NCBI RefSeq assembly: GCF_018350175.1
Contig: NC_058368.1
Location: forward strand, 115,322,001-115,382,000
From: Felis catus
Lineage: Eukaryota
Length of the DNA stretch: 60,000 nucleotides
Direction: 5' to 3'
Below the pieces are notes generated by a model. That model searched no databases, was not told where the DNA came from, and saw nothing but the letters and a program-made list of their open reading frames with translations. Numbering within the stretch: the stretch's first letter is position 1; each line of letters opens with the position of its first letter. Made by a program: the position numbers and the translations under genes. This document shows positions 1-12,078 of this stretch, in pieces.

Positions 1-123
1 CTGCTTCACTCAAGCCCTTTGAATTTGCTTTTCTGTCTGCTGGAGCCCCCTCCCAGCTACCCCTAAATCTCTGCACGATTGCTCCCTTATCTTGTTGAGG
101 TCTTGTATTCACATGTAGCCTTT

Positions 124-340
124 TATTTTTTTTTTCTTTTAATAAATGTTTATCTATTTGTTTTGAAAAAGAGAGAGAGTGTGGGGGTGGGGGGCAAAGA
201 GGGAGACAGAGATTCCCAAGCAGGCTCCACACTGTCAGCACAGAACCCCATGCGGGTTTCGATCCCACGAATCTTGAGATCGGGACCTGAGCCAAATCAA
301 GAGACAGACACTTAACCGATTGAGCCACCCAAGTCCCCCA
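124..340 (-). mobile_element. Carnivore tRNA-derived SINE (SINEC)
   Basis: Poly-T, (GA)n, ...ttaaccgattgagccaccc. Confidence 0.85.
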
Positions 341-1065
341 CATATAGCCTTTTCAAAGTAGCTTTCCTTGACCCTCTGCACACCTGAACTACAGCTCCCA
401 TGTGTGCCTATTCTTTTCCCTTATTTTTATCCTTTGCCCTTATGATTATATAACATATATAATAAAATATATTTGACATATTTATCTTCTCATTTCTATC
501 TCTCCCCTTGAATATATGCTCCATGAAGGCAATAATTTGTGTTTTTGTCTATTTTGGTCACTGCTCTAGCCCCAACACTTGGACTAGTGATTAGTGATAC
601 ACATAACAGATGTGTACATATTCAGCTGAATAGGGACAAAATGTTACAATTCATCAATTGTAGTATGTATATCCTCTAGATGCCTCAAATCACATGTCAT
701 GTTATGATGTCACATATATATTATCTTAAATGCAGTGTAAGGCAGTGCAGAGAGAATAGAGCCACATATAAGGAGACCTAGCTTTGTTGCTTGCTGGCTA
801 GCTACATTACTATGAGCAAGGCATGTAACCTCTCTGAGGTCAGTTTTACTCATTTGTAAAGTGAAGTTATTATAACCTCCCTGTCCTACCTATAATGTAG
901 ATATAGAAATCAAATAATGAATGTTACAGTATTTTTTAAAAATCTAACACATAATATAGTTTCTGAAATGTTTTCTAAAGGCTATGTCACGTGTCTCAGG
1001 ATATGCTCTTGGGGATGGGGGGAGATAAAAAGGTCAAAGAGGTTTGGGAAATTTGTTTCCAATAT

Positions 1066-1275
1066 TCTTTTTTTTTAATGTTTATTTATTTTTGAAAGGG
1101 GGGAGCACAAGCAGGGGAGGGGCAGAGAGAGAAAGAGAGAGAGAGAATCTGAAGCAGGCTTCAGGCTCTGAGCTGTCAGCACAGAGCCTGATGCAAGGCC
1201 CAAACTCACCAACCCGTGAGATCATGACCTGAGCTGAAGTCAAACGCCTCACCAACTGAGCCACCCAAGCGCCCC
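1066..1275 (-). mobile_element. SINEC
   Basis: ...gagatcatgacctgagctgaagtc...ccacccaagcgcccc. Confidence 0.9.
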
Positions 1276-1519
1276 ATTGGGTTCCAATACTCTAATGACT
1301 CTTCTTGGACATTCACAACTATTAGCATATGAAAGGGTCTGAAAATCCTGCATGTAAGGTCTTTCCCAATGCACCTGGCTATAGTTGGTCTTGATCTCTG
1401 TAATACATAATACACCATCTTTGTCATCAGGATAACATTGCTCCTTTAGAGCAAGAAGGAATTCTAAAGTTCCTAAAACAAATCCCAGTGAGGTGGGCAA
1501 TGAGATCCAACAGGTGAAA

Positions 1520-1645
1520 TGGAGACTGGGAGGAGGGAGGAGAAGGAGAAGAAAAAGGAAAAGGAGGGAAGAGAGAGAGGGGAGGGAAATCAAGAACAAG
1601 GAAAGGGGAAGGAAGAGGAAAAAAAATAGTGAAGGAAAAAAAGGA
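1520..1645. repeat. GA-rich polypurine low-complexity tract
   Basis: Nearly continuous G/A run (ggaggagggaggagaaggagaagaaaaagg...). Confidence 0.85.
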
Positions 1646-1794
1646 CAACTAAACTCATCCCCTTTGAAACGAAAAGAGTTCTGCAGAACAAAGACAACCT
1701 GAAATTTCCCAGGAGTGGATGGCAGGAAGGGATCGGAGGGAGCCATCTACGAATTCTGATGCTGCCCACGAAACCCAGTTTATTCCTTTGAGTG

Positions 1795-2112
1795 TTGCGT
1801 CTGCCAATTTCCACAGGTGGAGCTCGGGCTTCCTTTTTGGCTCCAAGGAACCTCTGGAGCAATTTCTTCTTTATCAGAGAGGAGGAACCAGGTATACCAA
1901 TTGCTTCTGCCAATTTCCACAGGTGGAGCTCGGGCTTCCTTTTTGGCTCCAAGGAACCTCTGAAGCGATTTCTTCTTTATCAGAGAGGAGGAACCAGGTA
2001 TACCAATTGCTTCTGCCAATTTCCACAGGTGGAGCTCGGGCTTCCTTTTTGGCTCCAAGGAACCTCTGAAGCGATTTCTTCTTTATCAGAGAGGAGGAAC
2101 CAGGTAAACCAA
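1795..2112. repeat. Tandem triplication, exactly 3 x 106 bp
   Basis: Units start at 1795, 1901 and 2007. Copy 1 differs from copy 2 at 3 nt (1799, 1857, 1861), copy 3 at 1 nt (2107). Confidence 0.97.
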
Positions 2113-2370
2113 AACAGCAGCTTCTCGATTTAGTGTACTAAGTGTCTGAAATGGCAGCTGCCATTTTTCCTTTCCTCACAAGCAATAAGCTTTCTTGGCA
2201 GCATCCATCTCCCCAGAGCACGCCTGACTTGCAAAAGGAAGAGGAACTGCAATTCCTCCCGCAAAGATTCCCTAGGCTGAGTGGGAGAGGAAGAGGCGGG
2301 CAGGTTTATTCTTGACCTCCAAGTAGGCCTACCCTAGCCCAGTCCAGACACCAATAGAAAAGGAGATTCT

Positions 2371-2389
2371 GCAGCGCCCTCTGGCATCC
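2371..2389 (-). promoter_or_regulatory. Candidate CTCF motif
   Basis: Reverse complement GGATGCCAGAGGGCGCTGC matches the CTCF core CCAG(A/G)GGGCGC. Confidence 0.45.
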
Positions 2390-2635
2390 ACTCACACTTT
2401 CAGCCCTCATGGCTAGGAAGTCCTTTGTTATATCTCATTTCAGTCTTTTCCCTGTAACTTCATTTTTTACTGCCTTTCCCTTACCCCAGAAGAAGGGAGT
2501 GATTTGACTGTCATAAGTTGCATGTATAGAACAACTTACAGTATAACCAGTATAGTTATAAACCATATCTTTGGGCATATGATTGGTGGATACTATTCGA
2601 GGAACTTCATTTCCCACCAACTCAGAAACTGGGCT

Positions 2636-2839
2636 CTTTTTTTTTTTTTCTTAATGTTTATTTCTTTATTTTGACAGAGAGAGAGATAGAGTGAGCAGGG
2701 GAGGGGCAGAGAGAGAGGGAGACAGAGAATCCTATGCAGGCTCCGCGTGATGTGAGGCTCAAACTCACAAACCGTGAGATCATGACCTGAACCGAAATCA
2801 AGAGTCAGACACTTATAACTGAATGAGGCACCAGGTGCC

Positions 2840-2883
<44 letters not shown>
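2636..2883 (-). mobile_element. SINEC followed by a ~40-nt poly-T
   Basis: SINE body 2640-2840; T run 2844-2883. Confidence 0.85.
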
Positions 2884-2886
<3 letters not shown>

Positions 2887-2944
2887 TGTGTGATTCATAG
2901 TGGGCTAGGGAGTCATGAGAAAGGAAGTGACATAGGTTGAGCAC

Positions 2945-3125
2945 CTGCCTGGTCCCTTATCATCTCATTTCATATTCGCAACAACCTAAAATGTAGAGAC
3001 TCTAATTCCCATTTTATAGGTGAAGGTACTGAAGTCCAGAGGTCACTTAAAGTCAAACAGCTGACAGGTAGGTGGTGGAGCCAGAATCTCATCGACATCT
3101 CACTCCCAAATCCATGTTCTCTCTA
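2945..3125. mobile_element. MIR SINE remnant
   Basis: cccattttataggtgaaggtactga...gtcaaacagctg...gtggagccagaat. Confidence 0.6.
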
Positions 3126-3250
3126 CCCAAGGGGCTTGACTAGATCACACAGAAACCTGGGTCTTTGGTTTCTTTGCATTCCTTGTGAATATTAGGTTTA
3201 TCCCCTAGTCCTACAAACATGCAGGGTACACTTAACATCAGAAAAGTGCA

Positions 3251-3470
3251 GGGGCACCTGGGTGGCTCAGTCAGTTAAGCATCCTACTTAGGTTCAGGTC
3301 ATGATCTCATGGTCCCTGGAGACCCGCTTAGGGTTCTGTGCTGACAGCTCAGAGCCTGGAGCCTGCTTCTAATTCTGTCTCTCCCTCTCTCTCTCTCTCT
3401 CTCTGCCCCTCCCCCACTTTCAGTCTGCCTCTCTCTCTAAAAATAAACATTAAAAAGTTTTTTTTAAAAA
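3251..3470 (+). mobile_element. SINEC
   Basis: ggggcacctgggtggctcagtcagttaagc...(CT)n...aataaa. Confidence 0.9.
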
Positions 3471-3544
3471 AGCACAAGTAACTCTCAAGTCTTTGCTGCG
3501 ACCAAATCTGTACTCACTCTACCTGATGTCCACCTGCTTCACCA

Positions 3545-3667
3545 GATTGCAATCTCCATAATGGTAAAGATCATGTCTATCTTATTCATCATACTATCCC
3601 TCCCTAGTGCCTACCACGCGGCCTGCTACTTGGTAGATACTCAATATGTGTTGACTGAATGAATGAT
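3545..3667. mobile_element. L2 3' end
   Basis: cctagtgcctaccac...tggtagatactcaatatgtgttgactgaatgaatga. Confidence 0.6.
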
Positions 3668-4594
3668 GACAGAAAGAGAAGACTCCATAAAACAAGGTAA
3701 GAGAATGTGAGACAAACATTTAAAAGGCCAGCATTCAATTTAAAGAAGGAGAAAAGAGGTAGCTAGGAAGAGGGTGAGAGACAGCAAGATAAGAAAACTC
3801 AGCACAAACAAGCAAGATAAAAATAGCCTCTTGCCACTGTCCTTTTAAAATTACTTTCTATATTTGAGCCTAAGTGACAAGTGAAATCTCCTCTGTAATT
3901 TCCCATGTGTTCAGCTTAATGAATTTCTGGCAAATGGTTTCAGCATCAGAGGGCCAATTTGGACATCATGGGGGTGGAGTTGGTGAGAAAATGAAGGGTA
4001 TGGAAATAGACTAATTGAGTCTAGAAACCAAATGAAGAGGTGATTGGAGGCATGTGAGGAGGGAGTCAAGTCTTGGAACTTGCTCAACATCAAGAAGGAC
4101 TGAGAATTGGTCTTGCTCTAGCTGATGTCATTGTGATGTTTCCCTACATGCTACAGAAGGAGTCCAGAATCCCAAGATGGCCTTGAAATGATTCTTTGTG
4201 TCACACTGCCTATCTTCTAAAGAGCTTTATTTGTTTATATAGAGAGCATTATATTAATGATTTAATTTTAGCCATTGGAGGGAATAAAGAAACTGTCTTT
4301 TTCATGTCCATAAATCTTGTACACAGTAGGCATACCATAAATGTTCAACCAAATCATTATGAGGGAGTGAAGTTAGGAAGTAGGACAGGAATGCATAATC
4401 TACTCTGAATCTGTTCAGGCTGCCCACCTGGATGCATTAACTTTCTCTGTATACTAAGGAAGGAGCTCTGAGGGGCCACAGGACCCAGAATAAAAAGTTT
4501 TTTCTAGTCCTTAAAATTGTAAATGACCATGCAGACCACAATTTTAATCAGAATGCATGTCTTTCAGCTCCCCAAGTATGCTTTTTCATTGTTG

Positions 4595-5475
4595 TTTTAA
4601 TAGCTTTATTGGTATATGTCATATATCATACAAGTCACCCATTTCAACTATAGAATTAATGGTTTCTTATTACACTCACAGATAAGTGTAACCATCACAA
4701 TTTGAGAATATTTCACCACCTCAAAAAGAAACCTATAATCTTTAGCTATCACCCCCTCCTCTTTTTTTTAATGTTTATTTTAATGTTTATTTTTCAATGT
4801 TTAATGTTTTTTAATGTTCATTTGAGAGAGAGAGAGAGAGCATGCGCGTGCGCGCATGAGTGCGCACATTAGCAGGGGAGGAGCAGAGGGGGGGTAGAGA
4901 GAATCCCAAGCAGGCTCTGCATTCTGAGTTCCACCTCACAAACCATGAGATCATGACCTGAGCTGAAATCAAGAGTCAGATGCTCAACCTATTGAGCCAC
5001 CAGGTACCCCATCCCTCCTCCCCTTTATTTATTTTCTGTCTCTACAGATTTTCCTGTTCTGGAGTTTCATATGAATGGAATCAAACAATATGTAGTTTGA
5101 CTTCTTTAACTTAATGTAACATTTTCAAGGTTCACTCATGTTGTAGCATGAATTAGTACTTCATTCCTTTTTTTGACCAAATAATATTCCACTATATAGA
5201 TACTCCACATTTTGCTTATCCATTTGTCAGTTAGACATCTGAGTTGTGTTTTAGCCCCTATGAATAATGCTGCTACAAAAATTTGTTTTTGTATGGACAC
5301 ACATTTTCATTTTCTTGGGTATATACCTCTAAGAGTAGAATTGGTGAATCATAAACTAACTCTATGTTCAATCATTTGAGGAACTGCCAGACAGTTTTTC
5401 AAAGCAGCTGCACCATTTTACATTCCCACCAGCAGCATGTGATGATTCCAATTTCTCTATATCCTTGCCAATCCA
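4595..5475 (-). mobile_element. Old L1 3' fragment (antisense) interrupted by a SINE at ~4762-5010
   Basis: Typical L1 3' text (catgttgtagcatg, tcattcctttt, gaggaactgccagac, cattttacattcccaccagcag). Confidence 0.75.
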
Positions 5476-7479
5476 ACTATGCTTTTGAGAAATAACAAGG
5501 ACAACTGCAGGGATCCACTCTGATCTAGATAGCTATTACAGAGAAACAGCAAGAGGAGTAGAGTCCAGGGATGGAAGAGGGATCCCTCTTCTCCTGTAAG
5601 CTCTTAGGGTCATCCAGAGGGAACACTGCCATCTTTAGTACTCTCTGTGACTCCCCGGGCTGGGTTAGCTGTCTTCTGACATCTGCCAAAGGATACCTAT
5701 ACCACTGTCTCTTTTCCCCGCTAGATTGTAAGCTTTGGGCAGGCAGTGATCTCTAGTGCTCTGACTTTATCTGCAGCACCTGAACAGGAACTGGCAAATG
5801 GCAGATGTTCAGTAAATGCTGATTGGCTGACTGACTGAGTAAACGATTAAACATTTCTTTACCTGTGATTCTTGTCCAGGGAAGAGAGGAATGGATCAAC
5901 CTCAGGGGCAAAAGCCTTCATGAAGGGAAGCAAGGAAAGAATAGATGGAGGAGAAAGGTAAAGTCACACAAGAAATTTAGAGACCTAGTGTCCCTTAGGG
6001 CCAACCTTCTGATTATTATGAGGTCAAACTCGGAGCTAATGGACCTACCCTAATCCTTTTTTGCCTTTCATCTGGCTGCATTTTTTTTCTAGAAATTTTC
6101 CTTTTTATTTTTTGTTATTATTTCTAACAATTTTGTCTTTGCAAGGATAAGAAAGTAGAAAAGTAGTTGCTATTACAGGTAAAAGACCACATAAATCAAC
6201 TCACCAAAACAAATTCAGAATTTTAAAGAATGGAGGTTAAGAAGGTTGACTATGAAGGATTTTTTTAACTAAGAAATGCAGAAACCATAATCTAGGTTTT
6301 CCTCCTTATCACACTGAAAGCCCTATATCTAACAAAGGTGACTGTATTTTCAGTGACATAACAACATGACCCACCACTCAGCCTTATCCATGATGGCTGG
6401 CCTTCTTTCCACACAAATCCTGCCTCTTACCTGACTAATCTGTGTCCAGTAGTCACCAGGTCATTGGGTCCCTCTCTCTCCTTAGGTCCTGTATCTGTAT
6501 AGCCTGAATCACTTCCTGTCTCTTCTCTGAAAGCACAGACGCATGCATATATTCACACAAACCTCATCTTTCCTTTTCATGAATCCTCAGGGTAGGTCTC
6601 CTCCATTTCATGTGTTTGGAAGAAAAGAAAGCAAAATATATGAGATGCCAATGCAATTTCTCCTTTAGCAGAGCTTCACAGGACAATTACCCACCCAATC
6701 TGCAGGGTTTTATAGCTCTCATAACCATCCTTTATGAATACATTGTGACAGCCGGATGCGGGCACAGATTATGGCAGCAGTCTTCAGCTACATTCCTATT
6801 TAACAAAGCAGAGCTCCTGCCTACCGGCTCAACAGTGTTCATGTGCCTTTTTTTAAATTATTGTATTTATGTAAGTCTTTTTCCAACCAGAGCCTATGTC
6901 CAACTCCATCAAACTCGAGAATTTGGGCTTGCCACTTCTCCAGTCTCTCTCTGGCCTTAGAGTCTAGTGTCTCTAGCTGCAGTCAATTTAGCACTCACTC
7001 TAGCCTTTCTCAGCAGAGGTCTGTGAGGATTGGGGTGCATAGGAAACACATTTTTTTTTCCCATTATGATCGCTGGGAGAAGATAAGAAAACATGTTGGC
7101 AGATGCCAGGGGCAGTGGCTGATTCCTAGGGGTTTGCCTGGCAAAGGTGTCAGGTGCAGTAGATGAGCAGGCCTGGTAGGATGCCGTGGGGGCAAAGAAA
7201 GGGAGGGACTCCAGCTTTCCCCACCGTTCGGCAGGACTAATAGTATTGACTCCAGCTAATGAGGAGAGGAAGTTTTAGTGTTCAAAAGAAATGCTGGTAC
7301 CGGCAATCTGTCCACCTTGAAAATGTGGCTTCTTGGGCTGATTGTGCCACGGTGCCAAGTAACTCCGGCAGAGGAAGCGAGTATTCTTTAAATACTGCAA
7401 GTCAGCGAAGGATTCTACTTCAGGGCCCCAGAGATGCTGTCCCACAGGGTTAGGCTGTAGGAGTGCCAGGCATAATCTA

Positions 7480-8340
7480 CCCGAAAATCTCCTGAAAAGA
7501 ACCGAAAAACAAGGCGACCTGATGGGCAAGCCATCAGCCGAGGGACGACCCTACTAGAGAAAGCCGGAAAAAAGATCTGCGTGGGGGATGAAAAAAGCTT
7601 ACGCTGCACTTGCAGAAACCGAAAGGTGCCACACTTGTACGGTGAACCGGCACTCGGTGTGGGCAAGCAGGAAGCACGGCCTCCCCGGGACACTCCAGGT
7701 TTTGTCTTTAGCACGTCCAAACCCAGCGCCCCCTTCCATACGTAAATAACAAACGGGACGGTAGTCAAATACAGTCCTCGTTAGGATTCCTACACTTTCT
7801 ACGCTGGGGCTCTAGCTTCTGTAAAGAGTATGCTCACCTCGGCCACCGCTCCCGCATTTTTCTAACTCGGCCTTTCCTGGGCGGGGCTTCCGGGCCCCGC
7901 CCACTGAGGGCCTGCTCAGCGTCAGCCCCGAGGCGGGGCTCCCCTCCGGTTGGTGCTGTCCTTTCCCCTGCGGCCTCTGCTCTGGCGGCAGTACGCGGGC
8001 CGAGCTCCAGACACGTGCGGGTAAGTAAAGTCCAAGTGGGCAGAAGCCTTGGACGTTTACTAGTTTGGGGCGAGAGGCAGCTGTGGGGAGGCTTCTTCCC
8101 AGGCACAGGACGAAATTGGGGTTCGTTCCATCATAACCCCGTGTTTGGAGGGCATCTTGAAGAGTCGCTGGGAGATGGTAGCCCTAGAGTCGATCCTTGT
8201 TTTCTGCCAGCCCTCTTGTCCCTGGAGAGTCTCCTACAGCTGGTCTCCGAGATCCTCGCTTCCCTGGCGCCAGAGCCCGGAGCTTGGGAAGATTTGTGAT
8301 GAGCACGTGTCCGGGTGGAGCTCGGTCAAGTCCTGCAACC
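7480..8340. promoter_or_regulatory. SNHG4: CpG-island promoter of the snoRNA host gene (SNHG4) / upstream MATR3 promoter
   Basis: CpG-rich, GGGCGGGG and GGCGGGG GC boxes, E-boxes CACGTG at 8012-8017 and 8304-8309, pyrimidine tract CCTTTCCCCT at 7960-7969. Confidence 0.8.
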
Positions 8341-8995
8341 CAGTCCCCTAAAAGGGGCAGGCTGTGTTTAGATTAGTTTTTAGACCTGGACAATGAGCCT
8401 ATTTTACCTTTTCTCCCAATTGTTTGGGGGTGGTTAAAAGCGAAATTAAAGGATGGCTGGAAAAACATATGGTCTTAGATACCCTACTCTTATTATGTAA
8501 ATAAGGTAAATTATAATTGTGAATGGGTAGGGATGTTTACTAACATTCTTGCAAACACTTGAGTTACTGCTTTCAACAACAGTTGATTGAGGTCGTTGGT
8601 AGGAATGGCAGCATGTCTCCGTTTCCTTTCATACCCATTACTGCATCTTGTTATTTTTCTGGAGTACCGCTTTTATTGTGCTTCAAAAGGTCTCCTAACC
8701 ACGTTTTCTCCAATCTAGTTTTAACTAGCCTTTCTGATTTGCACTGCCCATTGCTCTACCAAGGTAACATTTCCCCTTTTACTCCCCCTATTTATCATAT
8801 CCTTGTCTGGAATGTAGCTTTTTATAACAGCAAGTATTTATTGACCACACACTCTAAAACATATTATATAGGCTTCTATAAGCTTCTTAAGCCTAACAAC
8901 CATCTTTTGTACAGGGTACCATTGATAACATTCCTATTTGACAGATGAGGAGACTGAGAGGTATAGAGAGGTTAAGTTACTTGTTCACTGTTTCG

Positions 8996-9560
8996 TTTTT
9001 TTAAATTTTTTAATGTTTATTTTTGAGAGAGAGGGAGACACAGAATCTGAAGCAGGGTCCAGGCTCTGAGCTGTCAGCACAGACGCGTGCCGGGGCTTAA
9101 ACTCACAGTTGTGAGATCATGACCTGAGGAGAAGTCAGATGCTTAACCAGCTGAGCCACCCATGCACCCCACTTGTTTGTTCACTGTTACATAGTTGTTA
9201 GGTGATAGCTTATACTTGTTGACTAGACCATTAATATGCTCCTGTTGAGGGGTTCCTGGCTGGCTTCGTTGTAAGAGCATACAGTTCTTGATATCAGGGT
9301 TGTAAATTTGAGCCCCCCCGCCCCCCGTTAGGTGCAGATTATATAAAACTTAAATCTTTTCTAGGGTCACCTGGGTGGCTCAGTCAGCTAAGAATCTGAC
9401 TCTTGGTTTCTGCTCAGGTCATGATCTCATGGTTCATGAGTTCATCCCTGCACTGGGCTCCAGGCAGACAGTGTGGAGCCTGCTTGGGATTATTTTTGCC
9501 CCTCCCCAATTTGTGCTGTCTCTCTCAAAGAAATAAAACTTAAAAAAATCTTTTAAAAAA
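8996..9560. mobile_element. Three SINECs (~8996-9170 minus, ~9249-9360 plus, ~9363-9560 plus)
   Basis: Repeated SINE heads and tails. Confidence 0.8.
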
Positions 9561-9824
9561 ATGCTCCTGTTGAACTGCTGTGGTACATAGGTAAAAAAAC
9601 ATGTGAAAATAAAGCTAACCAAGGGAAAGCTTTTTGTTTTATTGTCTATTTCTCTGGCTCTGAAATAAGTTATGGGGTTTTGAGGGTAGAGGTCTTGAAC
9701 TTTACACAAGTGTTCACTACTGTTAGCTGCCTAACCCGGAGTACTTGGATTGCAGAGGGGCCAGCCATGGGCTTTGGATAGATGCAGCCCCAGGTGAGTG
9801 CAATTTCATTAGCCTGCCTTTGGC

Positions 9825-9970
9825 CCCAGCTGTAGGCAGCTGCCTAGGTTGCTGTGTACCTAGGCAAGTGTTACGCTGCTGGGAGAATAGCAGCCGTGAT
9901 AGCTGGTTGGCATTCTGGGCCTGGTTCATTCCAACTCTGTTGTTAACTATACCAGGATGCCAGCATAATT
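9825..9970 (+). ncRNA. SNORA74D: Divergent U19 paralog H/ACA snoRNA (SNORA74D-like)
   Basis: 5' hairpin homologous to U19 (CCCAGCTGTAGGCAGC...GTGTTACGCTGCTGGG). H box AGAATA 9884-9889, 13-bp 3' stem 9906-9918/9952-9964, terminal ATA+3 nt at 9965-9970. Lies 31 nt after a donor site. Confidence 0.72.
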
Positions 9971-11672
9971 GTTCATTCATTAAGGTGAAATCTGTAAGGG
10001 CATGACTTTGCAGGGAGAAACCTAAAAATCCAAATCTTTGAGTGGTTCTGGTTCAACAGGTTTGTCTAGTTGAACTTGCTGGAAACAGAACAAAGGTAAT
10101 CAAGAGCCATGCAGGGATGTAGAAGTATAGGGAGGGGGCAACTTTTTATTTTTTGAGTGCCTACCAAGTGCTCTGAATCAGGCTTATACAGGGAAAAAGT
10201 GCATGGGATTTTTGCAATTTTCACTGAAATCAAAGTGCATGTCCCCCACGCCACCATACAAAGCTAGTCTCTCTGAAGGGAGTTCTATAGCTGCAGTGAT
10301 CTATAGGGATGCTTTATTAAGGAAATGTTACGTGAATTTGCTTTAAAATTCTAGGCATTCTTCTTTAGCTCTTTAATAAAATATAAAAATACCAATTGAT
10401 TGAGAGGCTCTACATAGTAGGCCTAGCTATAACCGTACTAATTTCTGCTTTAGGCTGACAGTATATTTGTGTTGGTTTCCCACAGAGTTGTTGCCCCTTC
10501 GGCGCAGTAAAATAACGAGTCCCTTTTGTAGTGATTTTGTTTTGGATTGCTAATTCTCTGAGAAGAGATGCTTCTCAGTTCCAGGCAAACACACAGCACT
10601 CATGGTGGTGCTGGAGATTGTCCAATAGGGCTGACTTAGTTGCTACTTCTGTGAAAAGTGACATCCTAGTTTCCATAGGAGGAACTCCTGAGGATGTTGG
10701 GAGGTGGGGGAGTTATTTATAAAAACTAGTTTTGTTCTAACAATTGGCTTTCCCTAAAAAGAGTTCTCTTAGTTAAATGTTGAGTTCCTTGTGTGAATAC
10801 CTCAGATGTTCATTGTGAACAGCCTTTTACATATGGGGTTTTAAGAATACTAGTGATACCTAGAGGATTTGGGGGAATGGTTAGCTTTAATGGTAATTAT
10901 AGGCAAGAAAAAGACAATAGGAAATAAAATAATTCTGGAGGTATTGAAAATAGGGTAAATAGTGAATGGCAGGCAGCACTGTTTCCATTTCTACAGAAAA
11001 GAGGTTTTAGGAGCTGCTGTTTTAGTCAACACTGTTTAGTGTTCAACAGTGAAATCTTTTTCTTTTTAGGATGACTTGAAAGTAGGGCATCCTTGGCCTT
11101 CCGGAAGAGAGTAAATTCACGGCACGTGGACGGTCTGTATGGCGTTCTCAGGTAAATGTCCCTATTAATTCCAACACTGACTACTGCCTATGTGGCAGGC
11201 CTATTTGCTAGTTGGTATCCATTAGGAAACAACTGGGAGGCAAAATCACCTGTATTTGCCCCTGACAAATTCGGCCTCTTAGCAGTGAAAGGCTAAGTGG
11301 GATTTTGGTGGTTCTAGTCTGAAGGTGTATAGGATCTTTGAGATGATCTGTATCGTTCCATCTGAGGAATGTACAAGCAGATTATAAAGCCCAGGATAGG
11401 AAGGATGGCATATCTTGCCTGTTCGCAGCTAGATCCCAATCATGGCACCTGGCACAGAGCTGGAACTCCTTGAATGTTGGACAAAATGACTAAAAGCATG
11501 GGAAAGGGGTTCCTGTTTCCTATTTGTCTAAAAGGCTTGGCAGCAAGGTCTGCTATCAGTGCTTCCAGGCTTCTATTTTGCAGTCAACGTTGAATTCATT
11601 GGGATACCTGAATTCATAACTTCTACTTGGGGTACCTGGGTATCTGAAACAAAGAAAGCTGTTTCAGGAATC

Positions 11673-11874
11673 ACCCAGCGGTTGTCAGCTATCCAGGCCA
11701 GCATGATGCCTTGGATGGTGTTACACTGTTGGAAGAGCAAACGCTGACCTTCTTGAGGTCTGGCTTCAAGCACTGTTTTGGTGTTGTGGCTGATACTCTT
11801 GGGCAGTGTTTTGCACCTCTGAGAGTGGAGTAACTCCTCCTGTGGAGTTGGTCCTAGTCTGGGTGCAAACAATT
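11673..11874 (+). ncRNA. SNORA74A: H/ACA box snoRNA U19 (three hairpins; guides pseudouridylation in 28S rRNA helix 69, GUAACUAUGACUCUC)
   Basis: Recognisable U19 sequence (CCAGCGGTTGTCAGCTATCCAGG...CCTAGTCTGGGTGCAAACAATT). H box AGAGCA 11734-11739, ACA 11869-11871. Guide pairs GTCA/GTTAC and GAGAGT/TAGT, each 14 nt from its box. Confidence 0.93.
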
Positions 11875-12078
11875 TTTTTTTCTTTGAGGAAAGGACCCTG
11901 TCTTAAGGATACTTTATCATTCCTTTCCTCTTTGAATCCTAGATGCCTTTATCTGAGTGAGAAATCTGCCTCCATCAGAATCTCAGATGTCTGACAGCCC
12001 TGTGTGACACCAGGATAGGTAATATATACAGTCCTTTGTCATGTAGGTTCTAATTAACTTTCAGCCTCAGATGGGTGG

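Larger units (their letters stand above)
7960..12018 (+). ncRNA. SNHG4: Non-coding snoRNA host transcript (SNHG4/U19 host). Predicted exons ~7960-8020, 9727-9793, 11070-11151, 11943-12018; 3' end not resolved
   Basis: Donors CGG|gtaagt, CAG|gtgagt, CAG|gtaaat, TAG|gtaata. Acceptors tgttag|, ctttttag|, aatcctag|. No long ORF, intronic snoRNAs, and synteny upstream of MATR3. Confidence 0.75.

Noticed and set aside
1249..1746. 165-aa minus ORF rich in F/L/S/P and 69-aa plus ORF rich in R/K/E
   Set aside because: Translations of the polypurine tract and an adjacent SINE
1590..2133. Several 60-120 aa ORFs on both strands with repeated peptides; superficially array-like
   Set aside because: They arise from the 106-bp tandem repeat shifting frame in each copy. 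There are no spacers, so it is not CRISPR-like, and no recognisable protein.
7259..8351. ORFs in the upstream CpG island
   Set aside because: Expected by chance in GC-rich promoter DNA; they cross splice donors
10555..10680. Small hairpins (ctgagaag/cttctcag; cagcac/gtgctg) in a host intron, considered as a third snoRNA
   Set aside because: No properly placed H box and ACA box, and no C/D boxes
11573..11872. 99-aa minus ORF and neighbouring plus ORFs over the snoRNA
   Set aside because: The region is fully explained by SNORA74A
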